Of a stretch of DNA of 64,000 nucleotides, positions 11,094 to 22,436 are shown piece by piece; within the stretch, counting starts at the first letter, position 1, and every line of letters starts with the position of its first letter. Below the pieces are notes generated by a model. That model was not told where the DNA came from, made no database searches, and worked only from the letters and a program-made list of their open reading frames with translations. Location of the stretch: assembly GCA_963667015.2 (NCBI GenBank), contig CAXXJJ010000001.1, positions 2,112,001 to 2,176,000 of the forward strand, given 5' to 3'. The stretch is from Desulfatiglandales bacterium. Its GTDB lineage: Bacteria; Desulfobacterota; DSM-4660; Desulfatiglandales; HGW-15. The position numbers and the translations under genes are program-made.

Positions 11094-12611
11094 CTAAACC
11101 CCTCCCGAAAAGGCCTTCAGGGTGTAATATAGATCATTCCACTTGAGCTCCTTTTTAAAGTATCCCATATCCGTCTTATCGTCGATCAGGACCATCTCAA
11201 TACCGCACATCTCGCAAAAATCGGTCAGCATCTCTGTTGTTATCGCCTTGCTGTAACCGGTATGATGGGCGCCGCCCCCTAGTATCCATGCATGTGAGGC
11301 CGTCTCCAGGTCAGGTTTGGGTTTCCATAGAACCCTGGCTACAGGAAGCCTGGGAAGCTTTTCTGTGGTATTGACCGTGCGGACTTCGTTCACAAGCAGC
11401 CTGAAGCGGTTTCCCATATCGATCAGGGATGCATTAAGTGAATCTCCTTCCGGTACATTAAATACCATCCGGACCGGGTCTTCCTTGCCGCCGATTCCCA
11501 GGGGATGTATTTCAAGTTTCACCTTTTCCGATTCCGATATGGTCGGGCAGACCTCCAGCATGTGGGCACCCAGGACCATCTGATCTGCGGGATCCAGGTG
11601 ATAGGTGTAATCCTCCATAAAGGAGGTTCCTCCTGACAGGCCTTTGCCCATAACCTTCATGGCCCGCACCAGCAGGGCGGTTTTCCAGTCCCCTTCTGCG
11701 CCGAAACCGTATCCCTTTTCCATCAGTCTCTGGCACGCAAAACCGGGAAGCTGCTTCATGCCTTCCAGGTCTTCAAAGGTCGTGGTAAAGGCGACAAAAC
11801 TTCCATTCACCAGAAAGTCCTCCATCCCGATCTCAAGCCGGGCGGCCTCCCTGAGGTCATCATGCCGGCTGCCTCCGGGAAGGAGCTCTTCGTCAATATC
11901 GTAGGCCCCCTGGTATTCCTTTATTACTGCGTCAATCCGGCTCTCTTCCACTTCCCTGATTCCGGCTACCAGATCACCCACTCCAAATCCGTACACATCA
12001 AAACCAAAGGCGATCTGGGCGGCAACCTTGTCACCTTCTGTTACAGCCACATCTCTCATGTTGTCCCCGAAGCGGGCCACCTTTGCGCCCCTGACATCCT
12101 TAAGGGCCGCTGCGGCACGAATCCAGGAACCGATCTTCCTGTGAACATTATCGTCCTTCCAAAAGCCTGCAACCACCTTCCGTTCTATTTTCATCCGTGT
12201 ATTGATGTATCCATGTTCCCGGTCCCCGTGGGCGGCCTGGTTGAGGTTCATGAAGTCCATATCAATTTCATCCCAGGGGATATCCCTGTTGTACTGTGTG
12301 TGCAGGTGGAGGATCGGCTTGGTCAACACCTTAAGGCCGTTGATCCACATTTTAGATGGTGAAAAGGTATGCATCCACAGGACAACACCGCCGCACTGGT
12401 CATCTGCGCTGGCCCTGGTGCAGAAATCGGTTATTTCCTGCGGGGTGGTCAGAATACCTTTAAACTGAATCTCCGCCGGAATAATATCCAGGCTGTTCAT
12501 ATATCCGGTGATCTCTTCGGTATGCGACCGGACCTGTTTCAGGGTTTCTTCCCCGTAGAGGTGCTGACTCCCCGAAACCATCCATATGGTCATGTTTTCA
12601 TATGCTTTCAT
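11094..12611 (-). CDS. araA: L-arabinose isomerase
   Basis: [44 protein letters not shown]; start chosen at the ATG with AGGA upstream. Confidence 0.97.
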   Translation of the reverse strand: MKAYENMTIWMVSGSQHLYGEETLKQVRSHTEEITGYMNSLDIIPAEIQFKGILTTPQEITDFCTRASADDQCGGVVLWMHTFSPSKMWINGLKVLTKPILHLHTQYNRDIPWDEIDMDFMNLNQAAHGDREHGYINTRMKIERKVVAGFWKDDNVHRKIGSWIRAAAALKDVRGAKVARFGDNMRDVAVTEGDKVAAQIAFGFDVYGFGVGDLVAGIREVEESRIDAVIKEYQGAYDIDEELLPGGSRHDDLREAARLEIGMEDFLVNGSFVAFTTTFEDLEGMKQLPGFACQRLMEKGYGFGAEGDWKTALLVRAMKVMGKGLSGGTSFMEDYTYHLDPADQMVLGAHMLEVCPTISESEKVKLEIHPLGIGGKEDPVRMVFNVPEGDSLNASLIDMGNRFRLLVNEVRTVNTTEKLPRLPVARVLWKPKPDLETASHAWILGGGAHHTGYSKAITTEMLTDFCEMCGIEMVLIDDKTDMGYFKKELKWNDLYYTLKAFSGGV

Positions 12612-12656
12612 ATTGTTTCCTTTCATTTCAGAACATAACGGCAAATTATTATATTT

Positions 12657-13745
12657 TTAAAAATTTATCAATTCCCGGTTGAATACGCAATGCAGGTTTC
12701 TCTCGAGCATTGTCGGGATACAGCTGTTGCAGGATGTACACAAAGATTTATTCGACGATCCCTCTCTGAACTTTTTAACAATATGCTGATCCATAATAAA
12801 GGGTCTGCACATTGAAATGGCGTCTGCAATATCGTCATCCACTACCTTTTCCATCTCGGAGAAATCCCTCATCCCTCCCACCAGTATCAACGGTTTTGAT
12901 ATGGCCTTTCTTGCCTTTTTACATTCATCAACATAGTAGGGGTTTGTTGCATCCGGCCTGATGTGGTTAAAGGGGACTTCCTCAACCCCTTCACTTACCT
13001 CTATTGCATCCATGCCTGCATCAATAAACATGTTGGCAGAGTTGATGCCTTCATCCACGCTCTTGCCCTCGGGATGATACTCCTTCATCCCCATTTTGAT
13101 CAGGATCGGATAATCCGGTCCAATAGCCTTTCTCAGGCCTTTGGTAATTTCTACCACAAAGGTTGCCCGGTTTGATGCAGAACCTCCCCACTTGTCATTT
13201 CTTTTGTTTGTGACAGGTGAGAGGAAGGTGCTGACAAGCCAGCCGTGTGCAGCATGAATCTGGACCCCGTCAAAGCCGGCCTCGGCTGCCCTGACCCCGG
13301 CCTTCACGAATTCATCCACCTTTTCTTCCACCTCGTCCGAAGAGAGTTCTCTTACCTCGAGATTGTTTGCCGGATTTACTGTTTCTGACGGCCCTACGGT
13401 CTGTAACCCGCAAAGCTCAGGATTCCCGAACCAGCCTGCATGCATGAGCTGCGCTACTATCCTGCTGCCATTGTCATGGACCGTGTCGGTTATCTTTTTC
13501 AGGGACGGTATCATTTCATCAGTATGAATACCGAGCTGTCCCGGGGCGGCCCAGCCGTCCAGGCTAGGGAATAAACCGCTTGAAACAATAAGCCCGACCT
13601 CGCCCTTTGAAAGCTCTCTGTAAAAATCAAGCTGTGCATCGGTCACAAGCTGGTTTTCCCCAAGGTTGTCAACTGTTGCGGAACGGACAAAACGATTTTT
13701 GATAATTAAACTGTTTATCTGTAATGGTTTAAATAACTTGGACAT
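12657..13745 (-). CDS. NADH:flavin oxidoreductase / Old Yellow Enzyme family
   Basis: KNRFVRSAT, AGFDGVQIHAAHGWL, FLSPVTNKRNDKWGGS, C-terminal CTSCNSC. Confidence 0.9.
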   Translation of the reverse strand: MSKLFKPLQINSLIIKNRFVRSATVDNLGENQLVTDAQLDFYRELSKGEVGLIVSSGLFPSLDGWAAPGQLGIHTDEMIPSLKKITDTVHDNGSRIVAQLMHAGWFGNPELCGLQTVGPSETVNPANNLEVRELSSDEVEEKVDEFVKAGVRAAEAGFDGVQIHAAHGWLVSTFLSPVTNKRNDKWGGSASNRATFVVEITKGLRKAIGPDYPILIKMGMKEYHPEGKSVDEGINSANMFIDAGMDAIEVSEGVEEVPFNHIRPDATNPYYVDECKKARKAISKPLILVGGMRDFSEMEKVVDDDIADAISMCRPFIMDQHIVKKFREGSSNKSLCTSCNSCIPTMLERNLHCVFNRELINF

Positions 13746-13787
13746 TTTTCTTTACACCTTTTTATCTGGAGTTAATAATAGTAAACC

Positions 13788-15308
13788 TTATTTCTGCTTT
13801 TTTAAGAACTGCCTGATCAGAAATTTCATAAGGTCGTCGGGTTCTCTATTGCTTACTGACACTTCGTCATAGAAGCATATTCTATTTTGATCCTCTTCGG
13901 TATAAGGCTTCCACAGGGGCATATCAGATCCGTCCGCGTCCTTACCGTTCGGGTCCCCGTTGCGGATAAAGTTTGCCCAGTAGTTGCACATTTTACGTGC
14001 CAGATCATAATGCTTTCCTACAAAGGGACGCCAGCATTTTGCCAGTGTCTCGAAAAAGAACCAGAGATCAACCGAATGAAAAGCGCCCGGATTATCCCAG
14101 CCGGGAATCTCCGCATTAAACACCCAGTAATATATGGGGGTTTTATCACCTGTCCTTGCCTTTGCCTTTCCGATAAGCCTGATGGAATATTCCAGGTGGC
14201 TTACAGTTGCCCTGTAGAGCATTTCGGAAATACTGCCGGTCCCGGATGCGCATAATTTAAGAAATTCATCCGCATCGTCTCCATATGTCTCCCTGGCAAA
14301 GGCCTCAAATTCCTCAACACTCTTGACCAGCGGGCGGTCAGGAAACTCTGTGGCAGTGTGACCGAACAACATGGGTACCAGGTGGCATTTATTTTCCATT
14401 AACAGCCTGTGGGAATCACCTGTATGAAATTTACCATCAATTACAGGACCCCAGAAGGCCCTGTATTCCACCATCCTGTCTCTTAGGGTTACTGCATCCA
14501 GACTGCGGGCCTCTTCAAGGGAAGATACCCCTAAATATTTAAAGAATTCAACACCTGCCTGTTCAGCTTTGGATAAATCCTGTTCTTCGTGAAAAAGGGT
14601 TCCCGGATAAGCTGTCATTGCCAGACCGCTGTCGACAATAGCCTTCTGGAACAGCCCTTCGTTCTGAGGTGAGGTAACATGATCCATTACGCTGCCGCCT
14701 CCTGCAGACTGCCCGCCGATTGTGATATTGTCAGGGTCACCTCCGAATGCTGCTATATTCCGTTTTACCCAGCGCGTGCCGAACTGCTGGTCAAGAAGGC
14801 CGAAGTTGGCTGGAGCTTCAGGGTTTTCAGCAGTGATCTCAGGATGGCACATAAAGCCGAATACATTCAATCTGTAATTGATGGTAACCACGACAATTCC
14901 GCGTCTTGCTATGCGCTCGCCGTCAAATTCCATTTCCGCAGTATTCCCTTCCTGAAATCCGCCTCCGAAATACCATACAAACACCGGCAGCTTTTCGTCT
15001 GCCTTTTTAGCGGGTGTCCATACATTGAGGTGCAGAGAATCTTCATCCATCTCGATTGATGTGTCTACATTCCATTCCAGTGTATAGATTATTTCAGGGT
15101 CTTCACCGGGTATATGCTGCATGGAGATCGGTGCAAACTTACAGGCATACAGAACCCCATCCCAGTCCCTGGCCGGCTGGGGAGCCCTCCAGCGGTTTTC
15201 ACCAACCGGCGGGGCGGCAAAGGGGATACCCTTAAAGGATGTTATGCGCGGATCAGCGGCCGGCAGCCCCTCAACCACACCGTTTTCAACTGTGACTCTT
15301 TTTAACAT
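13788..15308 (-). CDS. Type-B carboxylesterase (cytoplasmic)
   Basis: GIPFAAPPVG, FGGDPDNITIGGQSAGG, GAFHS. Confidence 0.93.
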   Translation of the reverse strand: MLKRVTVENGVVEGLPAADPRITSFKGIPFAAPPVGENRWRAPQPARDWDGVLYACKFAPISMQHIPGEDPEIIYTLEWNVDTSIEMDEDSLHLNVWTPAKKADEKLPVFVWYFGGGFQEGNTAEMEFDGERIARRGIVVVTINYRLNVFGFMCHPEITAENPEAPANFGLLDQQFGTRWVKRNIAAFGGDPDNITIGGQSAGGGSVMDHVTSPQNEGLFQKAIVDSGLAMTAYPGTLFHEEQDLSKAEQAGVEFFKYLGVSSLEEARSLDAVTLRDRMVEYRAFWGPVIDGKFHTGDSHRLLMENKCHLVPMLFGHTATEFPDRPLVKSVEEFEAFARETYGDDADEFLKLCASGTGSISEMLYRATVSHLEYSIRLIGKAKARTGDKTPIYYWVFNAEIPGWDNPGAFHSVDLWFFFETLAKCWRPFVGKHYDLARKMCNYWANFIRNGDPNGKDADGSDMPLWKPYTEEDQNRICFYDEVSVSNREPDDLMKFLIRQFLKKQK

Positions 15309-15445
15309 ATTGCTTCTCCTTCCAGATTTTCATACCTTTATTTCCCTGGGAAATAATTCGTAATATAAAAATTATTTATCGATCCTTACCCTGATCTATG
15401 TAAAGGGGGAAAGATAATGCTATTAAAGCCAGCAGCACTAAGATT

Positions 15446-17014
15446 TTATTTTTCATTATTATCCTCAACCTGTGGCGGTGCTGTTTCAGGTTTTATTTTT
15501 GAAAATCCGGTCTTTATCTCGAGTGGATCGGCGATGTACATATATTTGTCCTCCTCTTTTTTATAGACGGGCCATTCTGCCATTCCTGCGACATTGGGGT
15601 CTCCTGTACGTGCAAACTGTGTCCACATCTTCATCATGGCTTCCGAGACCCTTTTGTCAGCTTCCGAGAGCCCCGGATCGTTCGGATCCTTTGCTCCGGA
15701 CTGGCTGGCGAGACCGTACATAAGAGGCCACCATACGCTCCGGTTGTCATAGTCTCCAAAGACATAGAGAACTTCCATCGCGTGTGTTGATACAGCCCCT
15801 GCGGCCCTCCATTTGCCCGGCACCTGATCAAATATTGCCGCATAGCTTTTTACACCTGCCATGTTCTGGAATTCATGCATGTTCACATAGGCTGGTATAA
15901 GCTGAGGCAGCAGAAGTCCTCCCGGGCCGGTTATCTCTCCCAGGTTGGCAACAGTGATTAAAGGCACCGCATTATATTCCCCGGACCTGAAAAGCTCCAG
16001 AGGTGATTTAGGCAGAAACCATCCGTCTATAGCCGCATCATCAGGACCCATGCCGGTTGCACTGCCCTGTATTTCCTTCATCATGGCGTCTCTTGCCTCC
16101 ATGACCTTTTCAAACGGAAGCGCCCTTGCTGCCTTAAGGGGATCTTCTGTTCCGCTGACGCCCAGTTTGTCAAATAGTTTTTCTCCCAGTTCCTCCATCT
16201 CCTTCAGGCTTCTGCCGTTTAAAAAACCTCCTATGGATGAACCGCTCTCGCAGATAGCCCGGTGAAACAGACCTTTGGCCATTGGCGAGGCCATGAGGGT
16301 TGATACCTTTGATCCTCCGCCTGATTCTCCGAAGATAGTTACATTATCGGGATTCCCTCCAAAAACCGATATGTTTCTTTTAACCCATTTAAGGGCTGCC
16401 AGCATGTCCAGGAACATGTAGTTGCCCGATGAGTTATCGGGTGATTCCGCAGTCAGCAGGGGATGGGCGAGCAGTCCGAATGTATTGAGCCTCATTGTGA
16501 CATTGACAAGCACAACACCGTGCCCGGGCAGACGGGGAAGGTTGCAGAGCTGATCATTGCCGGACCCGGAGGAGTATCCTCCTCCATGCAGCCATACCAT
16601 TACGGGCAGGGATTCTCCCGCTGTTCTGGCAGGTGTCATGACATTAAGATAAAGGCAGTCTTCGCTTTGGGGTTCCTGTTCAAGGCCTGCCATTCCGGCC
16701 TGGGGAGGTGTTTTTGTAAAAGCCGTGCACTGGCGTATCTCCTTCCATGGAGTAGCCGGCTGGGGCGGTTTCCACCTGAGATCACCAACCGGAGGCGCTG
16801 CATATGGTATGCCTCTGTAGGCCCTTACCGGATTATCCACATCACCTATCAGGGTGCCGGAAATATAACCTGTATCTATCTTTAACGGATCGGAGAAAGG
16901 TGCAGGTGCAGCGGCTTTTTCAATCTTCTCTTCCTGTTTTGTACATCCGGACAGGATAATTCCTGCGGATAAAAGACAAATAAACAGTACAGCCAAGATT
17001 TTTTTTAACGACAT
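15446..17014 (-). CDS. Type-B carboxylesterase, lipoprotein
   Basis: Lipobox LSGC; SEDCLYLNV, FGGNPDNVTIFGESGGG. Confidence 0.93.
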   Translation of the reverse strand: MSLKKILAVLFICLLSAGIILSGCTKQEEKIEKAAAPAPFSDPLKIDTGYISGTLIGDVDNPVRAYRGIPYAAPPVGDLRWKPPQPATPWKEIRQCTAFTKTPPQAGMAGLEQEPQSEDCLYLNVMTPARTAGESLPVMVWLHGGGYSSGSGNDQLCNLPRLPGHGVVLVNVTMRLNTFGLLAHPLLTAESPDNSSGNYMFLDMLAALKWVKRNISVFGGNPDNVTIFGESGGGSKVSTLMASPMAKGLFHRAICESGSSIGGFLNGRSLKEMEELGEKLFDKLGVSGTEDPLKAARALPFEKVMEARDAMMKEIQGSATGMGPDDAAIDGWFLPKSPLELFRSGEYNAVPLITVANLGEITGPGGLLLPQLIPAYVNMHEFQNMAGVKSYAAIFDQVPGKWRAAGAVSTHAMEVLYVFGDYDNRSVWWPLMYGLASQSGAKDPNDPGLSEADKRVSEAMMKMWTQFARTGDPNVAGMAEWPVYKKEEDKYMYIADPLEIKTGFSKIKPETAPPQVEDNNEK

Positions 17015-17068
17015 TTTAAGCCCTCCTTCGTGGAATAATTATGAATATGCGGTGCAGCCCGGTATTTT

Positions 17069-18352
17069 TTAAATTCCCATTAAAATGATACCTATATAAA
17101 TTAACAGGTTTACAAAAGGCCAGACCAGCAGACTGTTAAAAATCCTGGTTCGTTTTTCTTCATCGTCAATACAGGCTATTACTAGACCGCCGCTTCCTGA
17201 AAAAGGAGATACTGAGGTGGCAATGGAACCCACTGCAATTGCGGAAAAAAACAGCCCGGGAGAAAATGTCAACCCGGTCGCAAGCGCCGGGACAAGGGCA
17301 AAGAAGGTTGTATTAACAACAAAGCCGCTTACGAACAGGCTCATTACGCCGGAAAAAACCGAGAGTAAAACCTGTACAAGAACTCCGGACATACTGCTGC
17401 CTGACAGATAATCGGACATCAGTTCTATTATGCCGGTTTTTCCTGCAACTGCAATCAGCATTCCCATGCCGCAGATTGTTGTAAGGGCATGCCATGGCAC
17501 CCTCGCAAACACCTTTTTTTCATCCCCCAGGTCTAACAGCTTGCACAGGATCGAGGCCATAAAGGCAATAAAGGTCAGGTATATTTTGTCACTTATTCGG
17601 CTGAAAAATGTTATTGGAAATAATGCTCCAAGCAGAGGGGGCGCCAGAAGAACGAAGATAAAAATACCGATTACCATAAGCGTTTTAAGCTGTTCAGGGC
17701 TGTAGGGTTCAGGTTTTTCCAGCACAGGGGACTTTACCCTGTATCCCTTAAAAAGGATGTATGAGGCGATAAACACGAAGGAGAAAAGCAGGGCGGCCTG
17801 AAACATTGCCTGTGTACCGAATGCACTGACAAGATCCGGGGAGTAACCGCCCACCTGGGCCGCCAGTTCCCTGATAAAAATGCCGATAGTGCTTACAGGT
17901 GAAAAACCTCCCATACTTATTCCGGAGACGACCGAAATAGATGCCAGGAGGTAATTCATACGGGTTATTTTCGCAATGGATATGGCAACGGGAATCAGCA
18001 TGACAGTTGCCCCGTCACCGGCTCCTATACCCGATATCATGATTGCGATTGCAAAAAGGGCGATTGCAATAAGCCATGGCTTTTTTCTCGAAGCGTATAC
18101 AATCTTAAGTGACAGTTTTTCCAGGGAACCGTTCAGAACGGAATACCCGTAAAAAAAGGTTACAGAAAAAAGCATCATAAAAATTTTTATGGGCCAGAGG
18201 GTCACAATATCCCTGGGCTTTATATCAAGTACAAAAACTCCCAGGATATATGAGGCGGCAATGGCCCAGAGTCCGATATTGCTTTTTGTAAAATAACCAA
18301 GCAGAATCACTAAAATAATTGCTGTTAAACAGATATAGACAGTATCCGGCAT
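17069..18352 (-). CDS. SLC13/MatC-like (IT superfamily) carboxylate permease
   Basis: Many hydrophobic segments; NIGLWAI, NGSLEKL, SPFSGSGG. Confidence 0.75.
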   Translation of the reverse strand: MPDTVYICLTAIILVILLGYFTKSNIGLWAIAASYILGVFVLDIKPRDIVTLWPIKIFMMLFSVTFFYGYSVLNGSLEKLSLKIVYASRKKPWLIAIALFAIAIMISGIGAGDGATVMLIPVAISIAKITRMNYLLASISVVSGISMGGFSPVSTIGIFIRELAAQVGGYSPDLVSAFGTQAMFQAALLFSFVFIASYILFKGYRVKSPVLEKPEPYSPEQLKTLMVIGIFIFVLLAPPLLGALFPITFFSRISDKIYLTFIAFMASILCKLLDLGDEKKVFARVPWHALTTICGMGMLIAVAGKTGIIELMSDYLSGSSMSGVLVQVLLSVFSGVMSLFVSGFVVNTTFFALVPALATGLTFSPGLFFSAIAVGSIATSVSPFSGSGGLVIACIDDEEKRTRIFNSLLVWPFVNLLIYIGIILMGI

Positions 18353-18405
18353 TTTAATCCTGTTTCTCTCTTTTCAGGCGGCAGTCAGACCTGATTCAGG
18401 TAATG

Positions 18406-19326
18406 TTAAATCAATCCTTCCCCTTTTATCCAGGTCAGAAAAAGATCAGACCATGCGTCACTGGGTAGTCCCTGTTTTTTTATGCCGAAACCTCCTCTTC
18501 CCTTTGAAAAGACGTGAAGTTCTGCTGATTTGCCTGCCTCGTCCCATACGGAATAGAGTGCAACGCAGCCCAGGGATACGGGTTTATGATTTTGTTCCAC
18601 CGCAATAAACAATGGAGGGGCATTTTCAGGGACATGAACATCCACCATTGAAGGACCGTAGAGACAGGCGACAAAATTGGGATAGCCCTCGGGGTCATTC
18701 AGAAGGGCAGTCCCTATGGCAACACCGCCGCCTGCTGAAAAGCCCATGATACCTATTTTTTGGGGATCAATGTTCCACTTCTTTGCATTCTTGCGTACCA
18801 GGCGGATAGCCTGCTGGCCGTCACTGGTTGCCAGGCGGATAACATTATTCAGCTCATGGTTATCGGGAGCAGGATTTGCGTTTGCATATTTGAGTGACAA
18901 TTTAACCTTTGAAGGATCCATAGGCGGCATTTTTGCGTTACCGGGGTTATAGAGCCTGTATTTAAGGATAAAGGCAGCAAATCCCTGTTTATTCAGCCAT
19001 TCGGCCAAAGCGCTGTCCAGGCTCAGCATACGGAATGCCCCGGCAGGACATATTATAACCGCAGCCCCGTTGGCTGTAGAAGGATCAGGCAGGTATGCTG
19101 TCATGGTGGGGTCAACAACATTCTGGACAACTGTCCCCCCGCCGGGAAAAGAAGATGTTTTCTCCTGATACTCCCAGTTCTCGGATCCCGGTGCCTTTCC
19201 TTCCCATAAACGGATTGTTTCCTGTGCGTTTATGGGAAGATTAATGGCAAGTATTAAAAACGTAATCAGGAAAAAAGTACTGACTCTCTTGTGGGAATAT
19301 TTAAAAAATATTTTGTCTGGTCTCAT
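18406..19326 (-). CDS. Secreted alpha/beta hydrolase (acetyl/xylan esterase-like)
   Basis: Signal peptide, LWEGKAPGSE, GIMGFSAGG nucleophile elbow; the usual catalytic His (GGHGFG) reads GRGGFG here. Confidence 0.8.
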   Translation of the reverse strand: MRPDKIFFKYSHKRVSTFFLITFLILAINLPINAQETIRLWEGKAPGSENWEYQEKTSSFPGGGTVVQNVVDPTMTAYLPDPSTANGAAVIICPAGAFRMLSLDSALAEWLNKQGFAAFILKYRLYNPGNAKMPPMDPSKVKLSLKYANANPAPDNHELNNVIRLATSDGQQAIRLVRKNAKKWNIDPQKIGIMGFSAGGGVAIGTALLNDPEGYPNFVACLYGPSMVDVHVPENAPPLFIAVEQNHKPVSLGCVALYSVWDEAGKSAELHVFSKGRGGFGIKKQGLPSDAWSDLFLTWIKGEGLI

Positions 19327-19340
19327 TCGTTTTTCTCCAG

Positions 19341-21104
19341 TTATTTTACTGCACACTCATAGGATTCAGCCTTTTCAACCGGCCCACCCTTGTACTTCGG
19401 GTAGGCGGGGTAGGAGCACATTGGAAGGCTCCTGTTTCCGCCTGTAGCAATAGCTGACATGGGAGGAGCAATTCCTTTTTCAACCCAGTCGGTCAGAAGT
19501 TTGAACCGGTCAAACCCTGTCGGTATGGGTTCGGATGGAATTGACTTGCCGTCTCCATTAACCGCATAGTTGGACCCCATCAGGCCGTGGTTTGCCTGGG
19601 GAAGTACAAAAAAACGGGCAAATGAATCTACCTTTTTTCTTCCCATCGTATCTATTACCGACTGATAATAATCCAGCTGTGCGCCCGGAGAGGCAAGTGT
19701 ATCATTTGTGCCTATGGCAACTATCATCTTGCTTCCACGTTTGAAAAACGGGTCCAGATCAGGATCGGTTGAATCAAGAATTAAGGATATTTCCTTTCTC
19801 CTCTCATTGAATTTACCGCCCTCAATATAGTCGAGAGGATCGGCCTTGAGGTTCTGCATGAGGAATCCCGTGACTCCAAGCACTCCCATGTGGCTGTGTA
19901 CAGGTGCGTTTTCTGCAGCACCTTCCTGATTTTTATATCTCCTGGCTTCTATCAGTCCGCTGCCGGATGGATCGGTATTAGGCAGCCACATGCCGAATGA
20001 CTTGACATTATTGGCAAGCGGTGTTGCAAACTGATACCTGGTGTAGATAAAGTTCAGGGTGTCAATCTGGCCGTCTGTAAGGCATGCGCCGGCGCTTGTA
20101 TCCTCAGGATTGGGATCTTTATTGTCAGGACATCGTTTTGCCTTCCACGGATTTCTTCCCGGTTTTCCCTGCTTGACATCAAATATGGCCCTGCAGGCCA
20201 TGTAATTGTTGATGATTCCATCGGAAAGACCGTCCAGATTGTCGCATTGACGTATAAACTCACTTGCAATGGCATTTGTCTTGGCAGGGGTAACCCAGTT
20301 TTCAAGGGGCTTTTCCTGAATTCTGATAAGTTCGGGGGCCAGCATCAGGGTGGAAAAGTTTACAATTGGAACATTTGCCGCAATCCCGCTATAGTCCTCC
20401 GGATATCTCTGGGCCACGGTAAGAGCTTCTCTGCCTCCCTGGGATCCTCCAAAATAATAGTTGTATTGAGGTTTTTTGCCATATGCTCTTTCCATCAGCA
20501 CCATGGCTGCATCATGTGTCTTTTTCATCTGCATGTAGCCAAGGTTTTTTATTGCCTCTTCATTCAATGTCCAGTCATTTGGATTCCCGGCCGGGGGAGG
20601 TGTTTTTGCCGGTCTTTTTGAAAAGCCCGCCATGGGTCCCATCGAATGCCCGGAATCACTGCCGTATGTGGCATACCCGAGGCCTAAAAGAGTTGTCTTT
20701 GAGGACATATCCGTACCGCCTGTGAGATTAGGGATGAATCCGTTCATACCGGCCCCTCCCATCTGGGCAGCACGATAGCTGTACGAGGCGGGAAGCGCCA
20801 CGCGGAAATTGATCGGCCTGGCATTGGATTCCTTTGAAACAGGGGCGATTGAACCATCCACAGTGCAGTAGCCCGGGTTTGGTCCGTTGGCCTCTGTCCA
20901 TACGGGCGGTTTCAGGCTTACCCCGGAGACAGGTTCTCCAATGGCTGAAACGGGTATTGAACTCCCAAGCTTTTCAGCAGTACAGTCTGCCTCGGTTATG
21001 TTTATACTTTTTTCCTGTGCATTACAGTAGTTGATACTAAAAAAAAGTGAGACAAGGCTGATTGTTAAAAAAAATGTTGCTGTTTTTTTAAATTTTCCGT
21101 TCAT
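19341..21104 (-). CDS. Tannase/feruloyl esterase family protein, secreted
   Basis: GSDSGH, YYFGGSQGGREAL, QRYPEDYSG, RSLPMCSYPAYP; RBS AGGAG before 21104. Confidence 0.85.
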   Translation of the reverse strand: MNGKFKKTATFFLTISLVSLFFSINYCNAQEKSINITEADCTAEKLGSSIPVSAIGEPVSGVSLKPPVWTEANGPNPGYCTVDGSIAPVSKESNARPINFRVALPASYSYRAAQMGGAGMNGFIPNLTGGTDMSSKTTLLGLGYATYGSDSGHSMGPMAGFSKRPAKTPPPAGNPNDWTLNEEAIKNLGYMQMKKTHDAAMVLMERAYGKKPQYNYYFGGSQGGREALTVAQRYPEDYSGIAANVPIVNFSTLMLAPELIRIQEKPLENWVTPAKTNAIASEFIRQCDNLDGLSDGIINNYMACRAIFDVKQGKPGRNPWKAKRCPDNKDPNPEDTSAGACLTDGQIDTLNFIYTRYQFATPLANNVKSFGMWLPNTDPSGSGLIEARRYKNQEGAAENAPVHSHMGVLGVTGFLMQNLKADPLDYIEGGKFNERRKEISLILDSTDPDLDPFFKRGSKMIVAIGTNDTLASPGAQLDYYQSVIDTMGRKKVDSFARFFVLPQANHGLMGSNYAVNGDGKSIPSEPIPTGFDRFKLLTDWVEKGIAPPMSAIATGGNRSLPMCSYPAYPKYKGGPVEKAESYECAVK

Positions 21105-21461
21105 TGTTTTTACTCCTGGTTTAATTTGCCCTATGGCATTTTGTTTGATGAACAACCAGTTGGCTTCAGTGCGAAGTCAGACCTGTAATGGAGAATATTT
21201 TCCTCCCTGCTGCTTTATAATCTTTTAGGGTATACTCAAATATGACTACGGCTATTTCCGTACGTTTCTATTTAATATTCTTAGGCTCAATTTTCAACCA
21301 TTGATCCGGATTTAAACAATATTTATTTTCCTTAAAGAACTTTGATGCATCTCACCATAAAACTGCCGCTTCATCCGGAAAACAGCAGAATCAGGCAATA
21401 TCTCTCTATCAGGTTCATTTATATACCGCTGTATTCCGCAACGGATCACGGAATTTTAAAT

Positions 21462-22394
21462 CTATTTGGAGGTTTTGTGGCGGTCAAAAAAATCGAATGT
21501 ACTCGGCAGTACAAGGGGGATCATGCCTCCATGATCGGCATTCACCTCCATATATTCTACTTTGAAACCGCGTTCTTTCATCCAGTTAAACATGGCTTTG
21601 CTGCCGACATGAGAAGGTGCCGCTCCAATTCCTTCTGTCATGAAAACAGGCATTTCCCGTATGTTGTCCCAGGGATAGTTTAATTCGTCAACAAAGGGAC
21701 CGGACATGGGCGAAATTGCTGCCCAGTATTGAGCATACTTGGCGCCAAGATACCATGTTCCACCGCTTCCCATGGAATGCCCGACCAGGAAGAGGGATGA
21801 CCGGTCAACGGGATACTCGTTGAGCACTATTTCAATTGTGTTGATGACATCTTTTTCACTCAGTTGTAGAGATTTTTCTTTTTCCGGAGTTACAGAAGCA
21901 CGCTGTTTTGCAGCGTCTTCCGGCTTTCCAAATACTGCAGGAAGGCGCAGGGGAGTTCCGTAGGCTCCCATTCTTGAATGGCCTAATGGTGAAAGCAAAA
22001 TATAGCCATGTTGTTCCGCAAGGCGAATGAGTTGCCTGTCATTGGCATTGAGATACCAGTTTTCATCAGATCCGGCACCGTGCAGGAATACAACCAGAGG
22101 AAGCTCGGACTTTCCATCCCAGGATGTTGGAACATACAAACGGAAGGGTATGTCCGCATCTGCCGCAGGAAAATGATATTTCCGGTGAATATTTCCCTTG
22201 GCCCTCCACTGGGGATCGTTTGGATTGGCAATGCTTTTTGCCAGAGCCCTGGATTCCTGTATCTGTTCCCCAGCATCAATAGCACAACCGTATTGTATTT
22301 TTGAGGGCGCCTGTGCTTCTGAAATGCCCGATATAAGTATGATTAAAATGAACAGGGTACTGATACAGGATAACTTGTAAATATGTTTATTCAT
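21462..22394 (-). CDS. Secreted alpha/beta hydrolase (predicted esterase, PHB-depolymerase-like)
   Basis: PLVVFLHGAG, SEKDVINTI, GHSMGSGG, ADHGG. Confidence 0.85.
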   Translation of the reverse strand: MNKHIYKLSCISTLFILIILISGISEAQAPSKIQYGCAIDAGEQIQESRALAKSIANPNDPQWRAKGNIHRKYHFPAADADIPFRLYVPTSWDGKSELPLVVFLHGAGSDENWYLNANDRQLIRLAEQHGYILLSPLGHSRMGAYGTPLRLPAVFGKPEDAAKQRASVTPEKEKSLQLSEKDVINTIEIVLNEYPVDRSSLFLVGHSMGSGGTWYLGAKYAQYWAAISPMSGPFVDELNYPWDNIREMPVFMTEGIGAAPSHVGSKAMFNWMKERGFKVEYMEVNADHGGMIPLVLPSTFDFFDRHKTSK

Positions 22395-22436
22395 GACTTA
22401 TCCCTTTCTTTACATGATGATTTTGATACGGTTATT

